Assembly: GCA_963976315.1 (NCBI GenBank)
Contig: CAXBLH010000001.1
Span: forward strand, 968-64,967
Direction of reading: 5' to 3'
Length of the DNA: 64,000 nucleotides
From: an uncultured Dyadobacter sp.
GTDB taxonomy: Bacteria; Bacteroidota; Bacteroidia; Cytophagales; Spirosomataceae
Below, one piece after another: positions 38,840 to 48,259 of the stretch. The notes beneath the pieces are model-generated. The model saw nothing but the letters and a program-made list of their open reading frames with translations, searched no databases and was not told the DNA's origin. A program made the position numbers and the translations under genes. Every line of letters begins with the position of its first letter. The stretch's first letter is position 1.

Positions 38840-41800
38840 ATGCCCAAACCAATATTCTTCCTCGTTATATTCAGTCTGTTCGTATCAAACCGCTGCATTT
38901 CACAAGAGTACTGTTCCAAACAATACAATAGCGAAAATGGGTTAACCCAAAATTCCGTTACTGAGTTAGTTCAGGACAAGTATGGTTATATCTGGTTCGC
39001 TACACAGGCTGGAGTTACTAGGTTTGATGGTACTAAGTTTATTCTAATTAATTCAAAACAGCTTCCCCAAATGTCCTCCGACAGGATTCTTTGGATCGGT
39101 TTAACCCAAGAGAAAACGGTTGCATTTCAGGATGAATCGGCTAAAATTTTTATACAAGGAGAAAACCCGCTGGATTTTTTCCCGAAGGAAAAAGAACAGG
39201 GCAGCATTAGAAACCTTCCTGCTTTCTATACGGCTAATTTGATTACCTATAATCTAAAAGATTCGCCTTTAAAGGATCCTAAGAAACTAGACCAATGTAA
39301 TTTAAGTATGGCCGCGGAATGTTCTGATTCCAGCAGCTATCTTTATTACTCAGATCCCCAAAATAAAAGGGAGTATTTGCTATACGTAAAAAATAAGCAA
39401 TCAATCTTTCTGGATGATAATAGACTGCAGGATAGTAAACTTTTGCAATTTGGCGATACACTTTGCTTGTTAAATAGGCGAGGGGAGGCCTATTTTATGC
39501 TTAACGGTAAAATACTAAATGATGAAATGGTACAAACCGACATTACGTTTGACAACCATGAAAATTTACTCTTTTTTAAGCAATACGATAATTACATTAT
39601 CAATAATAACAATTTGTATGAGATAAACTTAGATCAAAAATTGCACCTCACCAAGCGGCTAATTATAAAAGATTTGCCCTGTAATAATATAAGATCAATC
39701 AATAAAATGTTCAATGGAAAAATATATGCCATTGGAACGGATACGGATGGGTTGTTCTTGTTGTATCCCAAAACAATAGAAACCATAGTATATAAAGAGA
39801 ATAGTTCTATAACACATATGAACACCTATGCGCTTTTATTAAAGGATAAAGAATTGATTACCAATGAATTTAAATATAACCTTAGTTCTCAAAAATTTAC
39901 CCACATTAATGGGTTCGAAAGGTTCTTCCTTTTCAAAGACAATCAGGAGTTTATATACTACTCGCACAGAGATCAAGATGGCGGGTCTATTTTATATAAG
40001 ACCAATAAGTTTACAGAAGCAGAAGTAATAGGAAAATTTAAAAATACGTTGATTGCTATGATTCAGGATCCAACAGATTCTGAAAAGTTCTACTTTATTA
40101 CCCAAATGCAAATTGGTTATATGGACAATAAAGGGATTCATGTTCTTTTTGACGTTACTAATTCAAAAAATAAAACATTCCTCCAAGGAAGTTTCCAATG
40201 TTTCCTTTTATCCGATCAGCAATTATTAATAGGGTCTACTAAAGGTTTGTACAATTTTGATATTCAAACTCATAAATTAATCTACTACCAATCAAAAACT
40301 GCTTTAAATGTTCGGTCCTTATTTGAGGATCCGGATAAAAATATATTTTGCGCCACTTACGGAGATGGCCCCTTTTTGTTTCGCAATAAGAATTCGCTTA
40401 TCCGGCTGCCCCAAGATTCAAAACAAAACCTATTGTATGCCCATTGTTTCATTCTGGATAAAAGCGATCGACTTTGGATCACTTCCAACAATGGCCTATT
40501 TGTGATTCCTAGACAACAAATATTGAATCATTTGAAAGATAGGAAACTCCCTGTAAACTATTATTCTTTTGACCGGCTCGATGGAATTGTGGGCTATGAA
40601 TTTAATGGTGGATGTAATCCATGTGCCGTTAAAAATAATCAAAATGAACTGTTCTTTCCTTCCCTAAAAGGAATTGTACGCGTGAATACCCAGGCCGTCG
40701 ATTTTATCTTCCCTGCGGACTCGATCATCGTCGACCAAATCAAAGTAAATAATCACCTGATGTCCTTTCCAAAAGGCAAATTAGAATTTAGATCGGATTA
40801 TGACAACCTGACATTTTATATCACAACACCCTTTTATGGTCATAGGCAAAATTTGCATATGGAGTATATGTTTGAGGGAAAGGCAGACGAATGGGAGCCG
40901 ATAACGGATGGTATGATTAATGTTCGTTTTTATTCTCCGGGGGATTACTCATTACTTATTAGGATGATCAAACACACCTCTCAAGTGCCTGAGTATACCT
41001 ATAACAGCGTCCACTTTACGATTCTTCCCGCATGGTATCAAAGTAAGTATTTCTATTCTTTACTGGCAATCCTATTTATATTAGTGGTTTGGGGAATAGC
41101 CAATCGTCGGCAAATGGCACTTAAAAGAACCAACCAGCAGTTAGAGATAATGGTGAAGGAAAGGGTTACTGAACTGGAAGCATTATACAAAAACTTAAAA
41201 GTCTCAAACGTTGAACTCAATACTTCTAAATTAAACATTCAAAATTTACTTTTAGAAAAGCAGTATATATTTTCCATACTAGTACATGACCTAAGGTCGC
41301 CTTTAAAGTATTTGTATAAAATCGCAAATATGCTCGTTCGGAACTGGGAAACGATGCCTTCCAAGGATGCCAAACTAGCGGTAAGTAAGCTTTCCAACTC
41401 CACCAAAGAGATGCATTATTTTACAGAAGAGCTTATGTCCTGGTTATCTTCACAAAACCACGATGGAAATACGGTAACGGAAATAATCAATATTGATTCG
41501 GTGGTACAGGAAGTTGTTGGGGCTTATCGTGAAATTTTAGTCGACAACAATAATTTATTAACCGTGGCGATAGACCCAGATCTTGTGTTCCAAACCAATC
41601 ATTTAATGGTAAAGTGTATTGTTAGAAACCTGTTAGACAATGCCAACAAAAATACTGTCAATGGGCATATATTTATTGAATCATGGAAAACGATGGATCA
41701 TTTGATCCTGAAAGTTTCGGATGACGGGTCGGGTATGACTCCCGAAATGCTTCTTAAATTAAATTCCTATTTTAATAGTAATGAAGGGGAGAGCTTTGTC

Positions 41801-41908
41801 AACTCTCAATCCGGTCATGTCATTCTAAAATATGCTATCCAGTCGCTGAATGGTACGATCAATTACCATAACACGGATTCCAAATTGATTGTTTCCGTAA
41901 CTTTATAA
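38840..41908 (+). CDS. Sensor histidine kinase with periplasmic beta-propeller (Reg_prop) and Y_Y_Y-type domains
   Basis: Start MPKPIFF; NGLTQNSV..QDKYGYIWFATQAG..RFDG, EFNGG, PAWYQS + TM helix, H-box LVHDLRSPL, N-box RNLLDNANK, DDGSGM. Confidence 0.9.
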   Translation: MPKPIFFLVIFSLFVSNRCISQEYCSKQYNSENGLTQNSVTELVQDKYGYIWFATQAGVTRFDGTKFILINSKQLPQMSSDRILWIGLTQEKTVAFQDESAKIFIQGENPLDFFPKEKEQGSIRNLPAFYTANLITYNLKDSPLKDPKKLDQCNLSMAAECSDSSSYLYYSDPQNKREYLLYVKNKQSIFLDDNRLQDSKLLQFGDTLCLLNRRGEAYFMLNGKILNDEMVQTDITFDNHENLLFFKQYDNYIINNNNLYEINLDQKLHLTKRLIIKDLPCNNIRSINKMFNGKIYAIGTDTDGLFLLYPKTIETIVYKENSSITHMNTYALLLKDKELITNEFKYNLSSQKFTHINGFERFFLFKDNQEFIYYSHRDQDGGSILYKTNKFTEAEVIGKFKNTLIAMIQDPTDSEKFYFITQMQIGYMDNKGIHVLFDVTNSKNKTFLQGSFQCFLLSDQQLLIGSTKGLYNFDIQTHKLIYYQSKTALNVRSLFEDPDKNIFCATYGDGPFLFRNKNSLIRLPQDSKQNLLYAHCFILDKSDRLWITSNNGLFVIPRQQILNHLKDRKLPVNYYSFDRLDGIVGYEFNGGCNPCAVKNNQNELFFPSLKGIVRVNTQAVDFIFPADSIIVDQIKVNNHLMSFPKGKLEFRSDYDNLTFYITTPFYGHRQNLHMEYMFEGKADEWEPITDGMINVRFYSPGDYSLLIRMIKHTSQVPEYTYNSVHFTILPAWYQSKYFYSLLAILFILVVWGIANRRQMALKRTNQQLEIMVKERVTELEALYKNLKVSNVELNTSKLNIQNLLLEKQYIFSILVHDLRSPLKYLYKIANMLVRNWETMPSKDAKLAVSKLSNSTKEMHYFTEELMSWLSSQNHDGNTVTEIINIDSVVQEVVGAYREILVDNNNLLTVAIDPDLVFQTNHLMVKCIVRNLLDNANKNTVNGHIFIESWKTMDHLILKVSDDGSGMTPEMLLKLNSYFNSNEGESFVNSQSGHVILKYAIQSLNGTINYHNTDSKLIVSVTL

Positions 41909-42022
41909 CCTATCAATTGGGTTTAAAAGCGCTCTTTTTTAAACGCATTTAGTTGTAAAAATATAAGACTTAGGTACTAGGAGGGTACCATTTCAAATGG
42001 AAAGAAAGGCGATTTGTTTTAC

Positions 42023-42064
42023 CCCCCAGGGTAATTTTAATACAGATAAAAACTACCGTGGGGG
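42023..42064. terminator. Imperfect hairpin between convergent kinase and efflux genes
   Basis: CCCCCAGGGTAATTTTA...TAAAAACTACCGTGGGGG. Confidence 0.4.
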
Positions 42065-42094
42065 ATGCGGTTTTAATGAAAACATCAGCCTTCA

Positions 42095-43294
42095 TTAGTG
42101 GCCATGGCCACCACCTTCTTCTTCCGAGTTTTTGAGTTTCGACAAGAGATCATAAGTTCCATTCACCACCATTTTCGATGGGGCAGCAGTACTATTTTCA
42201 GGAAGTGTTATGGCGGTATACCCATTCTCTGAAACGCCTCGTTGAACTTCTATCATTTCGAAAACAGATAGCGTCTTTCCGTTCTCCACTTCTTTTTCTT
42301 TTTCCACAAAAACATAAGACTTTCCTTCAAAAGTAACCACCGCCTGGTCGGGCAAGGAGGGTACCGAATTAATGCCCAGCTCAATGGTTGCATTAACATA
42401 GTTCTCTGGCAATAAAGTAGCATCGTCGGTCTCCAAATGACAATGTACTCGTACGGTACGGTCTTCATTAATTTTTGGATTGATCAAGTACACTTTCGCA
42501 AGCCCTTCTTTTCCTAAGGTATTATTGACCTTAAACCGAACACTTTGGCCAATTTTTACTTGGCTAATGTCTTTTTCAAATACAGATAGCTCCACATGCA
42601 AGTGATCCGTATCCACAATTTCAAACATGACATCCGTTGGTGAAACATACATCCCAAGGTTCACATTTACCACCGTAACCGATCCACTAATGGGCGAAAT
42701 GATGTTGGCATGGTTTACCACTGTTCCTTTTTCCAGCGTTCCAAGGTTAATTCCGGCGGTTCTGATCCGCTCTTTTAGTCCTGCTAATCGTGCCTTTAAA
42801 GTCTTTACTTTGGAGGTAGCTTGTTGGAATATTTTTTGTGAACCAACATTTTCAGTGCTAAGCTCTTTTTGTCTTTCAAATTCTAGTTCAGCATATTCCA
42901 GCTCAATTTTAGTTTCTAAATATTCCTGTTGGATTGGAATAAAATCCGGGTTTTCAATTACCGCCAAAACTTGTCCTTTTCGCACTTTCATACCTTGCAA
43001 TAGTTCCGTTTTCCGAACAAATCCTCCAAGCGGCGCGGAAATACTCACCAAATTAGAAGGGGGTATATCTATTTTTCCGGTGGCCGTAATTACATTGCTA
43101 AGGTTTCGAAGCGTCACCTCTCCGAGCTCTATTTTTGAATTTTTGTATTGCTCAGCAGTTAATTCTACCCTATTTTCCCCCGCTTCCGATTCATGATTTT
43201 CCGCTTGTTCCTTCGTGTCTACTTCTGAAACCTGTGATTTATTACAGCCACTCAGCACCAGTAATGCTAAAAAAAGAATATGTATGATTTTCAT
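42095..43294 (-). CDS. czcB: Heavy-metal RND periplasmic adaptor (CzcB/CusB-like), lipoprotein
   Basis: Lipobox LSGC, ISAPLGGFV..G.KVRKGQVL, SPISG, VFEKD, C-terminal GHGH. Confidence 0.88.
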   Translation of the reverse strand: MKIIHILFLALLVLSGCNKSQVSEVDTKEQAENHESEAGENRVELTAEQYKNSKIELGEVTLRNLSNVITATGKIDIPPSNLVSISAPLGGFVRKTELLQGMKVRKGQVLAVIENPDFIPIQQEYLETKIELEYAELEFERQKELSTENVGSQKIFQQATSKVKTLKARLAGLKERIRTAGINLGTLEKGTVVNHANIISPISGSVTVVNVNLGMYVSPTDVMFEIVDTDHLHVELSVFEKDISQVKIGQSVRFKVNNTLGKEGLAKVYLINPKINEDRTVRVHCHLETDDATLLPENYVNATIELGINSVPSLPDQAVVTFEGKSYVFVEKEKEVENGKTLSVFEMIEVQRGVSENGYTAITLPENSTAAPSKMVVNGTYDLLSKLKNSEEEGGGHGH

Positions 43295-43326
43295 TTTTAT
43301 GTCTATTTATCTAATTCAAAAAAATA

Positions 43327-46300
43327 TTACTTTACCTCGCTTTCATGCAGCAAGAACTCGATTTGGATAACGGATTGATTGTAGCTCTCCATTAACTCCC
43401 AGTAGGTGGTTTCAATTTCCAAAGCTTGGCCTATGGATTGGGAATATTCCAGATACCCAATTTCTCCACTTTGGTATGATTTTAAACCGTTACTTCGAAG
43501 CTGGTTTGCCAGTGATAAGGAATTTGATTCATACAAGTCGAGACTCTCTTGGGCCTTTTGATAGCGTTGAAAAGCCTGATCGAACGCTCCTTGAAGTTGG
43601 AATATTCCTTGTCGGAGTTCATTCCCTGCAATTTTTTCTTGAATTCTTGCGGCCTCAATTTTGGCCTTGGCTGTTTTGTTGAAAATAGGTAAGGCCAGCC
43701 CAAGCTGCACCCCCTGAAATCTTTTTGAGGCACCATAAGTTTCAGAACTTAGGCCAATTTGTGTTCCAATTAAAGATTGGTTAAAATAACCGACACTAAA
43801 TTCAGGCAAAAGATTCGTTTTTTCCAACGCTGTTAACTTTTTACCAATGGTTTCCTGCTGGCGTAGGAAGGCGATATAAGGGTGCTCTGAAATAGAAGAA
43901 CTATCTAGTTGAAGACTATTAATCACTTTTTTAATTGGAGTGGTGGGGTCAGGTACTACAAGTTGGTCACTATTCATTAATACCCGCAACTTATGTTGCT
44001 CGATGAGCCGATTAGACTGGTTTTCGATTCTACTGGCTTGCACTTTACTAAGTAAGGCTTTGGCTATGGTCGTTTCAAGCAAAATTCCTTCTCCCGTTTT
44101 ATACCTCAGATTAGAAGCTTTTACAAACACTTCGGCACGCTGGATTTCTTCTGCCAGAATTTGATTCCGACGATCCAGCTGCAGCCATTTGTAATAAACA
44201 GATTTTATTTCCCGTATAAGCTCCTGCTTGGTGATGGCTAGTCTGGTTTCATAACCTGTGACCTGTTGCGACAATAACTCTCCACGTCTTTTGGAGACAG
44301 CGGGGTTTGGGATTTTCTGATCAATTGTAAAACTATTGTCGAACCTCAAAGAATTATATTGGCCACCCATCCAACTAAAATCCGTTTTGGGGACGGTAGT
44401 GGCAGTTTTTTCAAGTGCTTTATGGTAGTCTATTTGATACAAACCTGTTTTAACTTCCAAGTTTTGCGCTAAGGCTTCCTGAATGACTTCCTCTAATGAA
44501 AGCGTTCGGGCCCCAGTTTCCTTCAATTCCTGGCCCGATGAAACCAGAGGAAGAAATAAAGCGAATAGTATTAGCACTGGAATAATACCATTTTTTTTGC
44601 GAGCCAACCTATTAAAACGCTGTTCGACTAATAAATACAGGACTGGCAGCACAAATAAGGTTAATAAGGTAGCGGAAATGAGCCCCCCTATTACCACTGT
44701 TGCTAATGGTCGTTGCACCTCTGCTCCAGAACTTCCAGACAATGCCATGGGTAAAAAACCTAGGGAGGCCACCAGAGCGGTCATCATAACAGGTCTCAAG
44801 CGAGATTCTGTTCCCTTGAAAATAATCTCACGAAGATCGGTTAAACCCTGCTTTCGTAAAAAATTGAATTCGCCAATTAATACAATACCGTTTAATACAG
44901 CTACTCCAAACAAAGCGATAAAACCAATACCCGCAGAGATACTAAATGGCATATCTCTTAGCCATAACGCTATGATGCCACCAATAGCTGAAAGCGGAAT
45001 GGCTGTGAGTATCAATAAACTTTGTTTTAAGGAACGAAAAGTAAAAAAGAGTAAAACAAAAATCAGAAGTAGTGCTGCCGGAACGGCAATACTAAGCCTT
45101 TGGTTGGCTTCTTGCAGGTTTTGAAATTGCCCTCCGAAACTCAAATAATATCCAGCAGGAAGCACTACTTGCTCCTTAATTTTGAGTTGTAATTCAGCCA
45201 CAATACTCTCCACGTCACGGCCTCTCACATTAAAAGCCACGGTGATTCTACGCTTTGCGTCTTCACGTTGAATTTGATTGATACCGGTCTTCATCGCTAC
45301 CTCGGCCACCTGTAAAAGTGGAATTTGTTTACCTTGGGCAGTAGTTACAAACAAATTTTGTACATCCTCCAAAGAACGCCTGTCTACCTTATCGAAGCGA
45401 ACTACGAGGTCGTACCGCCTTTCTCCTTCATATACCAAACCTGCCGAACTCCCTGCGAACGCCGTGTTTAAGGCTCGGTTAGCTTCTCCAATGGAAAGGC
45501 CATGTTGCGCCAGCCGTTTCCGATCAAAAGTCACCACGATTTGCGGTAAGCCAGAGACCGTTTCCACATATAAGTCTTCTGCTCCTTGAACGGACGAAAC
45601 AATTTTGCCAATCTTTTGGGCTTGCTCTCCTAATATATCTAAATCTTCTCCAAAGATCTTAATGGCAACATCTTGTTTTACACCCGTCATCAGTTCATTA
45701 AATCGCATTTGGATAGGTTGCTGGAAGCCAAAGGTCACACCTGCCATTGATTCCGATAAAGTAGCTTTCATCTTTGCTGCTAACGCTTCGCGGCTCGACG
45801 CTTTGGTCCATTTGGATTTTTCAGACAGGATCACCATCACATCTGCTGCCTCAATAGGCATGGGGTCCGTTGGGATTTCGGAGGATCCTATTTTACCGAC
45901 CACCTCTATGATCTCATCGGGGTAGTTTTCCTTCAAAATTTTAGCTGCATTCTGAACCGCATCTACCGTTTGAGATAATGAACTACCTGTCATTACTCTT
46001 GTTTCCACCGCAAAGTCACCTTCATCTAGCTGTGGGATAAACTCTCCTCCCATTCTGCTAAAAATCCATAGAGAAACTACAAACATAGAGGTTGCGATTA
46101 ATAGGATTACTTTTCCGCGGTTCAGTGCTCTTTTTAAAGCCGGTAAGTATAGGCGGTGCAAAAAGGCAATGATTTTATCTGATATATTCGGTTTAAAGGT
46201 ATTTTTCTTACTTAGAAATACTGCCGAAATCATGGGAACATAGGTTAAGGACAATATGAAAGCACCCAAAATCGCAAAAGCAACTGTTTGCGCCATTGGA

Positions 46301-47724
46301 CGGAACATTTTTCCTTCGATTCCCACCAAAGCGAGTATTGGTAAATAAACAATTAGGATAATGATTTCTCCAAATGCCGCTGAGTTACGTATTTTCTTGG
46401 CAGATTCATAAACCTCTTTATCCATTTCGTTTTGCGATAGTTTATGGGAATAGCCTTTCCCTACGATATGGTGTAAGGTGGCTTCCACAATGATTACTGC
46501 GCCGTCGACTATAAGGCCAAAATCAATTGCGCCTAGGCTCATCAGGTTTCCGGACACCCCAAAAACTTTCATCATTGACACCGCAAACAGCATGGCTAAT
46601 GGAATTACGGATGCTACAATGAGGCCTGCACGCAAATTGCCTAGTAGTAATACCAGTACAAAAATTACGATTAAGGCACCTTCTATAAGATTTGTAGAAA
46701 CGGTTCCAATAGCGTTGTTAACCAGCTTGGTCCGGTCTAGGTAGGGCTCGATGGCTACTCCTTCTGGTAAGGTTTTTCCAATTTGGTCAATTTTTTCCTT
46801 CACATTTTTGATAACCTCGGAGGAATTTGCACCTTTCAGCATCAGTACTAACCCACCCACGACTTCACCTTCATCGTTTCGGGTCATAGCTCCATACCGA
46901 ATGGCGTGACCCAGTTGTACCTTGGCCAGGTCAGCTATTAAGACTGGCGTACCGTCTGGGGTTTGCTTTACCATTATTTTTTCGATGTCCTTCAAGTTCC
47001 CAATTAAACCTTCGCTTCGTATGAAATAAGCATTTGGTTTTTTGTCTATATAGGCACCACCGGTATTCTGATTATTGTCTTCTAATGCAGTAAAAACTTC
47101 TGAGATGGCTATATTAAAGCTTTTAAGTTTCTGAGGATCAATGGCTATCTCATATTGTTTGACAAAACCTCCAAAACTACTCACATCGGCAATTCCTTTG
47201 GTTCCTAAAAGCTGCCGCCTTACTATCCAATCCTGAATGCTACGCAGCTCCATGGCATCATATTTGTCTTCAAAACCCTTTTTAGGATAGAGTAAATACT
47301 GGTATATCTCGCCCAATCCGGTAGTTACGGGAGCCATTTCGGGCCTGCCGCTACTTTTTGGGATTTGGTCTACGGCCGTCTGCAAACGTTCTGAAACTTG
47401 CTGACGTGCCCAATATACGTCTACGTTATCTTTAAATACGACCGTCACCACCGAAAGTCCAAACCTTGATATAGATCTTATTTCTGTTGTATTTGGAATG
47501 GTGGTCATGGCGATTTCCACGGGGAAGGTGATAAGCCTTTCCACTTCCTGTGCGGCCAACGACGGACTGGTGGTGATTACCTGAACTTGGTTATTGGTAA
47601 TGTCTGGTACGGCATCAATAGGCAGTGTGCTCAGTGATACTGTTCCCCAAATTATTAATGCAAGCGTGAGTACTCCAATAACAAGCTTATTGTGGATTGA
47701 AAAATGAATTATTTTATCTAACAT
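43327..47724 (-). CDS. czcA: CusA/CzcA heavy-metal RND transporter fused to a C-terminal TolC-like outer-membrane factor
   Basis: Start MLDKII at 47724; IDAVPDIT, MSLGAIDFGLIVDGAVIIVE, EGKMFRPMA, RLRPVMMTA, EVQRPLATVVIGG; about 420 extra residues of OMF character (LSLEEVIQEALAQN..., LLPEFSVGY..., YQSGEIGYLEY). Confidence 0.92.
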   Translation of the reverse strand: MLDKIIHFSIHNKLVIGVLTLALIIWGTVSLSTLPIDAVPDITNNQVQVITTSPSLAAQEVERLITFPVEIAMTTIPNTTEIRSISRFGLSVVTVVFKDNVDVYWARQQVSERLQTAVDQIPKSSGRPEMAPVTTGLGEIYQYLLYPKKGFEDKYDAMELRSIQDWIVRRQLLGTKGIADVSSFGGFVKQYEIAIDPQKLKSFNIAISEVFTALEDNNQNTGGAYIDKKPNAYFIRSEGLIGNLKDIEKIMVKQTPDGTPVLIADLAKVQLGHAIRYGAMTRNDEGEVVGGLVLMLKGANSSEVIKNVKEKIDQIGKTLPEGVAIEPYLDRTKLVNNAIGTVSTNLIEGALIVIFVLVLLLGNLRAGLIVASVIPLAMLFAVSMMKVFGVSGNLMSLGAIDFGLIVDGAVIIVEATLHHIVGKGYSHKLSQNEMDKEVYESAKKIRNSAAFGEIIILIVYLPILALVGIEGKMFRPMAQTVAFAILGAFILSLTYVPMISAVFLSKKNTFKPNISDKIIAFLHRLYLPALKRALNRGKVILLIATSMFVVSLWIFSRMGGEFIPQLDEGDFAVETRVMTGSSLSQTVDAVQNAAKILKENYPDEIIEVVGKIGSSEIPTDPMPIEAADVMVILSEKSKWTKASSREALAAKMKATLSESMAGVTFGFQQPIQMRFNELMTGVKQDVAIKIFGEDLDILGEQAQKIGKIVSSVQGAEDLYVETVSGLPQIVVTFDRKRLAQHGLSIGEANRALNTAFAGSSAGLVYEGERRYDLVVRFDKVDRRSLEDVQNLFVTTAQGKQIPLLQVAEVAMKTGINQIQREDAKRRITVAFNVRGRDVESIVAELQLKIKEQVVLPAGYYLSFGGQFQNLQEANQRLSIAVPAALLLIFVLLFFTFRSLKQSLLILTAIPLSAIGGIIALWLRDMPFSISAGIGFIALFGVAVLNGIVLIGEFNFLRKQGLTDLREIIFKGTESRLRPVMMTALVASLGFLPMALSGSSGAEVQRPLATVVIGGLISATLLTLFVLPVLYLLVEQRFNRLARKKNGIIPVLILFALFLPLVSSGQELKETGARTLSLEEVIQEALAQNLEVKTGLYQIDYHKALEKTATTVPKTDFSWMGGQYNSLRFDNSFTIDQKIPNPAVSKRRGELLSQQVTGYETRLAITKQELIREIKSVYYKWLQLDRRNQILAEEIQRAEVFVKASNLRYKTGEGILLETTIAKALLSKVQASRIENQSNRLIEQHKLRVLMNSDQLVVPDPTTPIKKVINSLQLDSSSISEHPYIAFLRQQETIGKKLTALEKTNLLPEFSVGYFNQSLIGTQIGLSSETYGASKRFQGVQLGLALPIFNKTAKAKIEAARIQEKIAGNELRQGIFQLQGAFDQAFQRYQKAQESLDLYESNSLSLANQLRSNGLKSYQSGEIGYLEYSQSIGQALEIETTYWELMESYNQSVIQIEFLLHESEVK

Positions 47725-47746
47725 TTTTGTACTAAAAATAGAATGT

Positions 47747-47790
47747 AAAAAACAACCACTCTTCGCTAGCAATACTGATAGCGAAAGTAG
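47747..47790 (-). terminator. Attenuator-like hairpin plus U-tract between uORF and czcA
   Basis: mRNA CTACTTTCGCTA-tcagtattgc-TAGCGAAGAGTGG-TTGTTTTTT. Confidence 0.45.
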
Positions 47791-47811
47791 GCTCCAACTA
47801 AAAAGAAAGGA

Positions 47812-48150
47812 TTACACGTTATTTTTGGGCGGTTGCCAAATGAAAGAAAAATCAGTACTTGTAAAAGTAGACTGGTAGGTAAATAATTGTATGGTATCGA
47901 TTTGCTTTTGCAATAATGCGGGTAATTCAGTTAACGGTGCAGTGGAGGTAGGTACCGAGCAACAAGAACAGATACAAAATGGGGAGCATAGATCCAGTCC
48001 CATACTTTCGTTTTGTGAACTATGCGCCGTTTCCAAAGCCACCTCAAAGTCCGATTGCTGATGCCACGACTTAAATATATCGTCCTGGCAGGGTAAGCTG
48101 GAGATGATAATGGTATATAAAGCCAATAAAAATAAAAAAGACTTATTCAT
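47812..48150 (-). CDS. DUF6660-like small Cys-rich protein upstream of the metal efflux genes
   Basis: Start MNKSFLFLLALYTIIISSLPCQD; DLCSPFCICSCC; C-terminal IWQPPK. Confidence 0.8.
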   Translation of the reverse strand: MNKSFLFLLALYTIIISSLPCQDDIFKSWHQQSDFEVALETAHSSQNESMGLDLCSPFCICSCCSVPTSTAPLTELPALLQKQIDTIQLFTYQSTFTSTDFSFIWQPPKNNV

Positions 48151-48154
48151 GCCC

Positions 48155-48162
48155 CAAAGGTA
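48155..48162 (-). promoter_or_regulatory. -7 element directly before the uORF start (leaderless mRNA)
   Basis: TACCTTTG-gggc-ATG on the minus strand. Confidence 0.6.
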
Positions 48163-48259
48163 CTGCAAAGATTCATGCAACAGGTAGGCATTTACTATTC
48201 TTGGATAACGGTTACTGATTAAAATAGTCTTTTTTCTGGAAAAGAAAGCACCGGAAGGG

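Noticed and set aside
44483-46744. Long plus-strand ORFs (up to 213 aa) inside czcA, and similar ones inside czcB, susC and the T9SS gene
   Set aside because: In-register antisense shadows of well-conserved genes with no protein motifs
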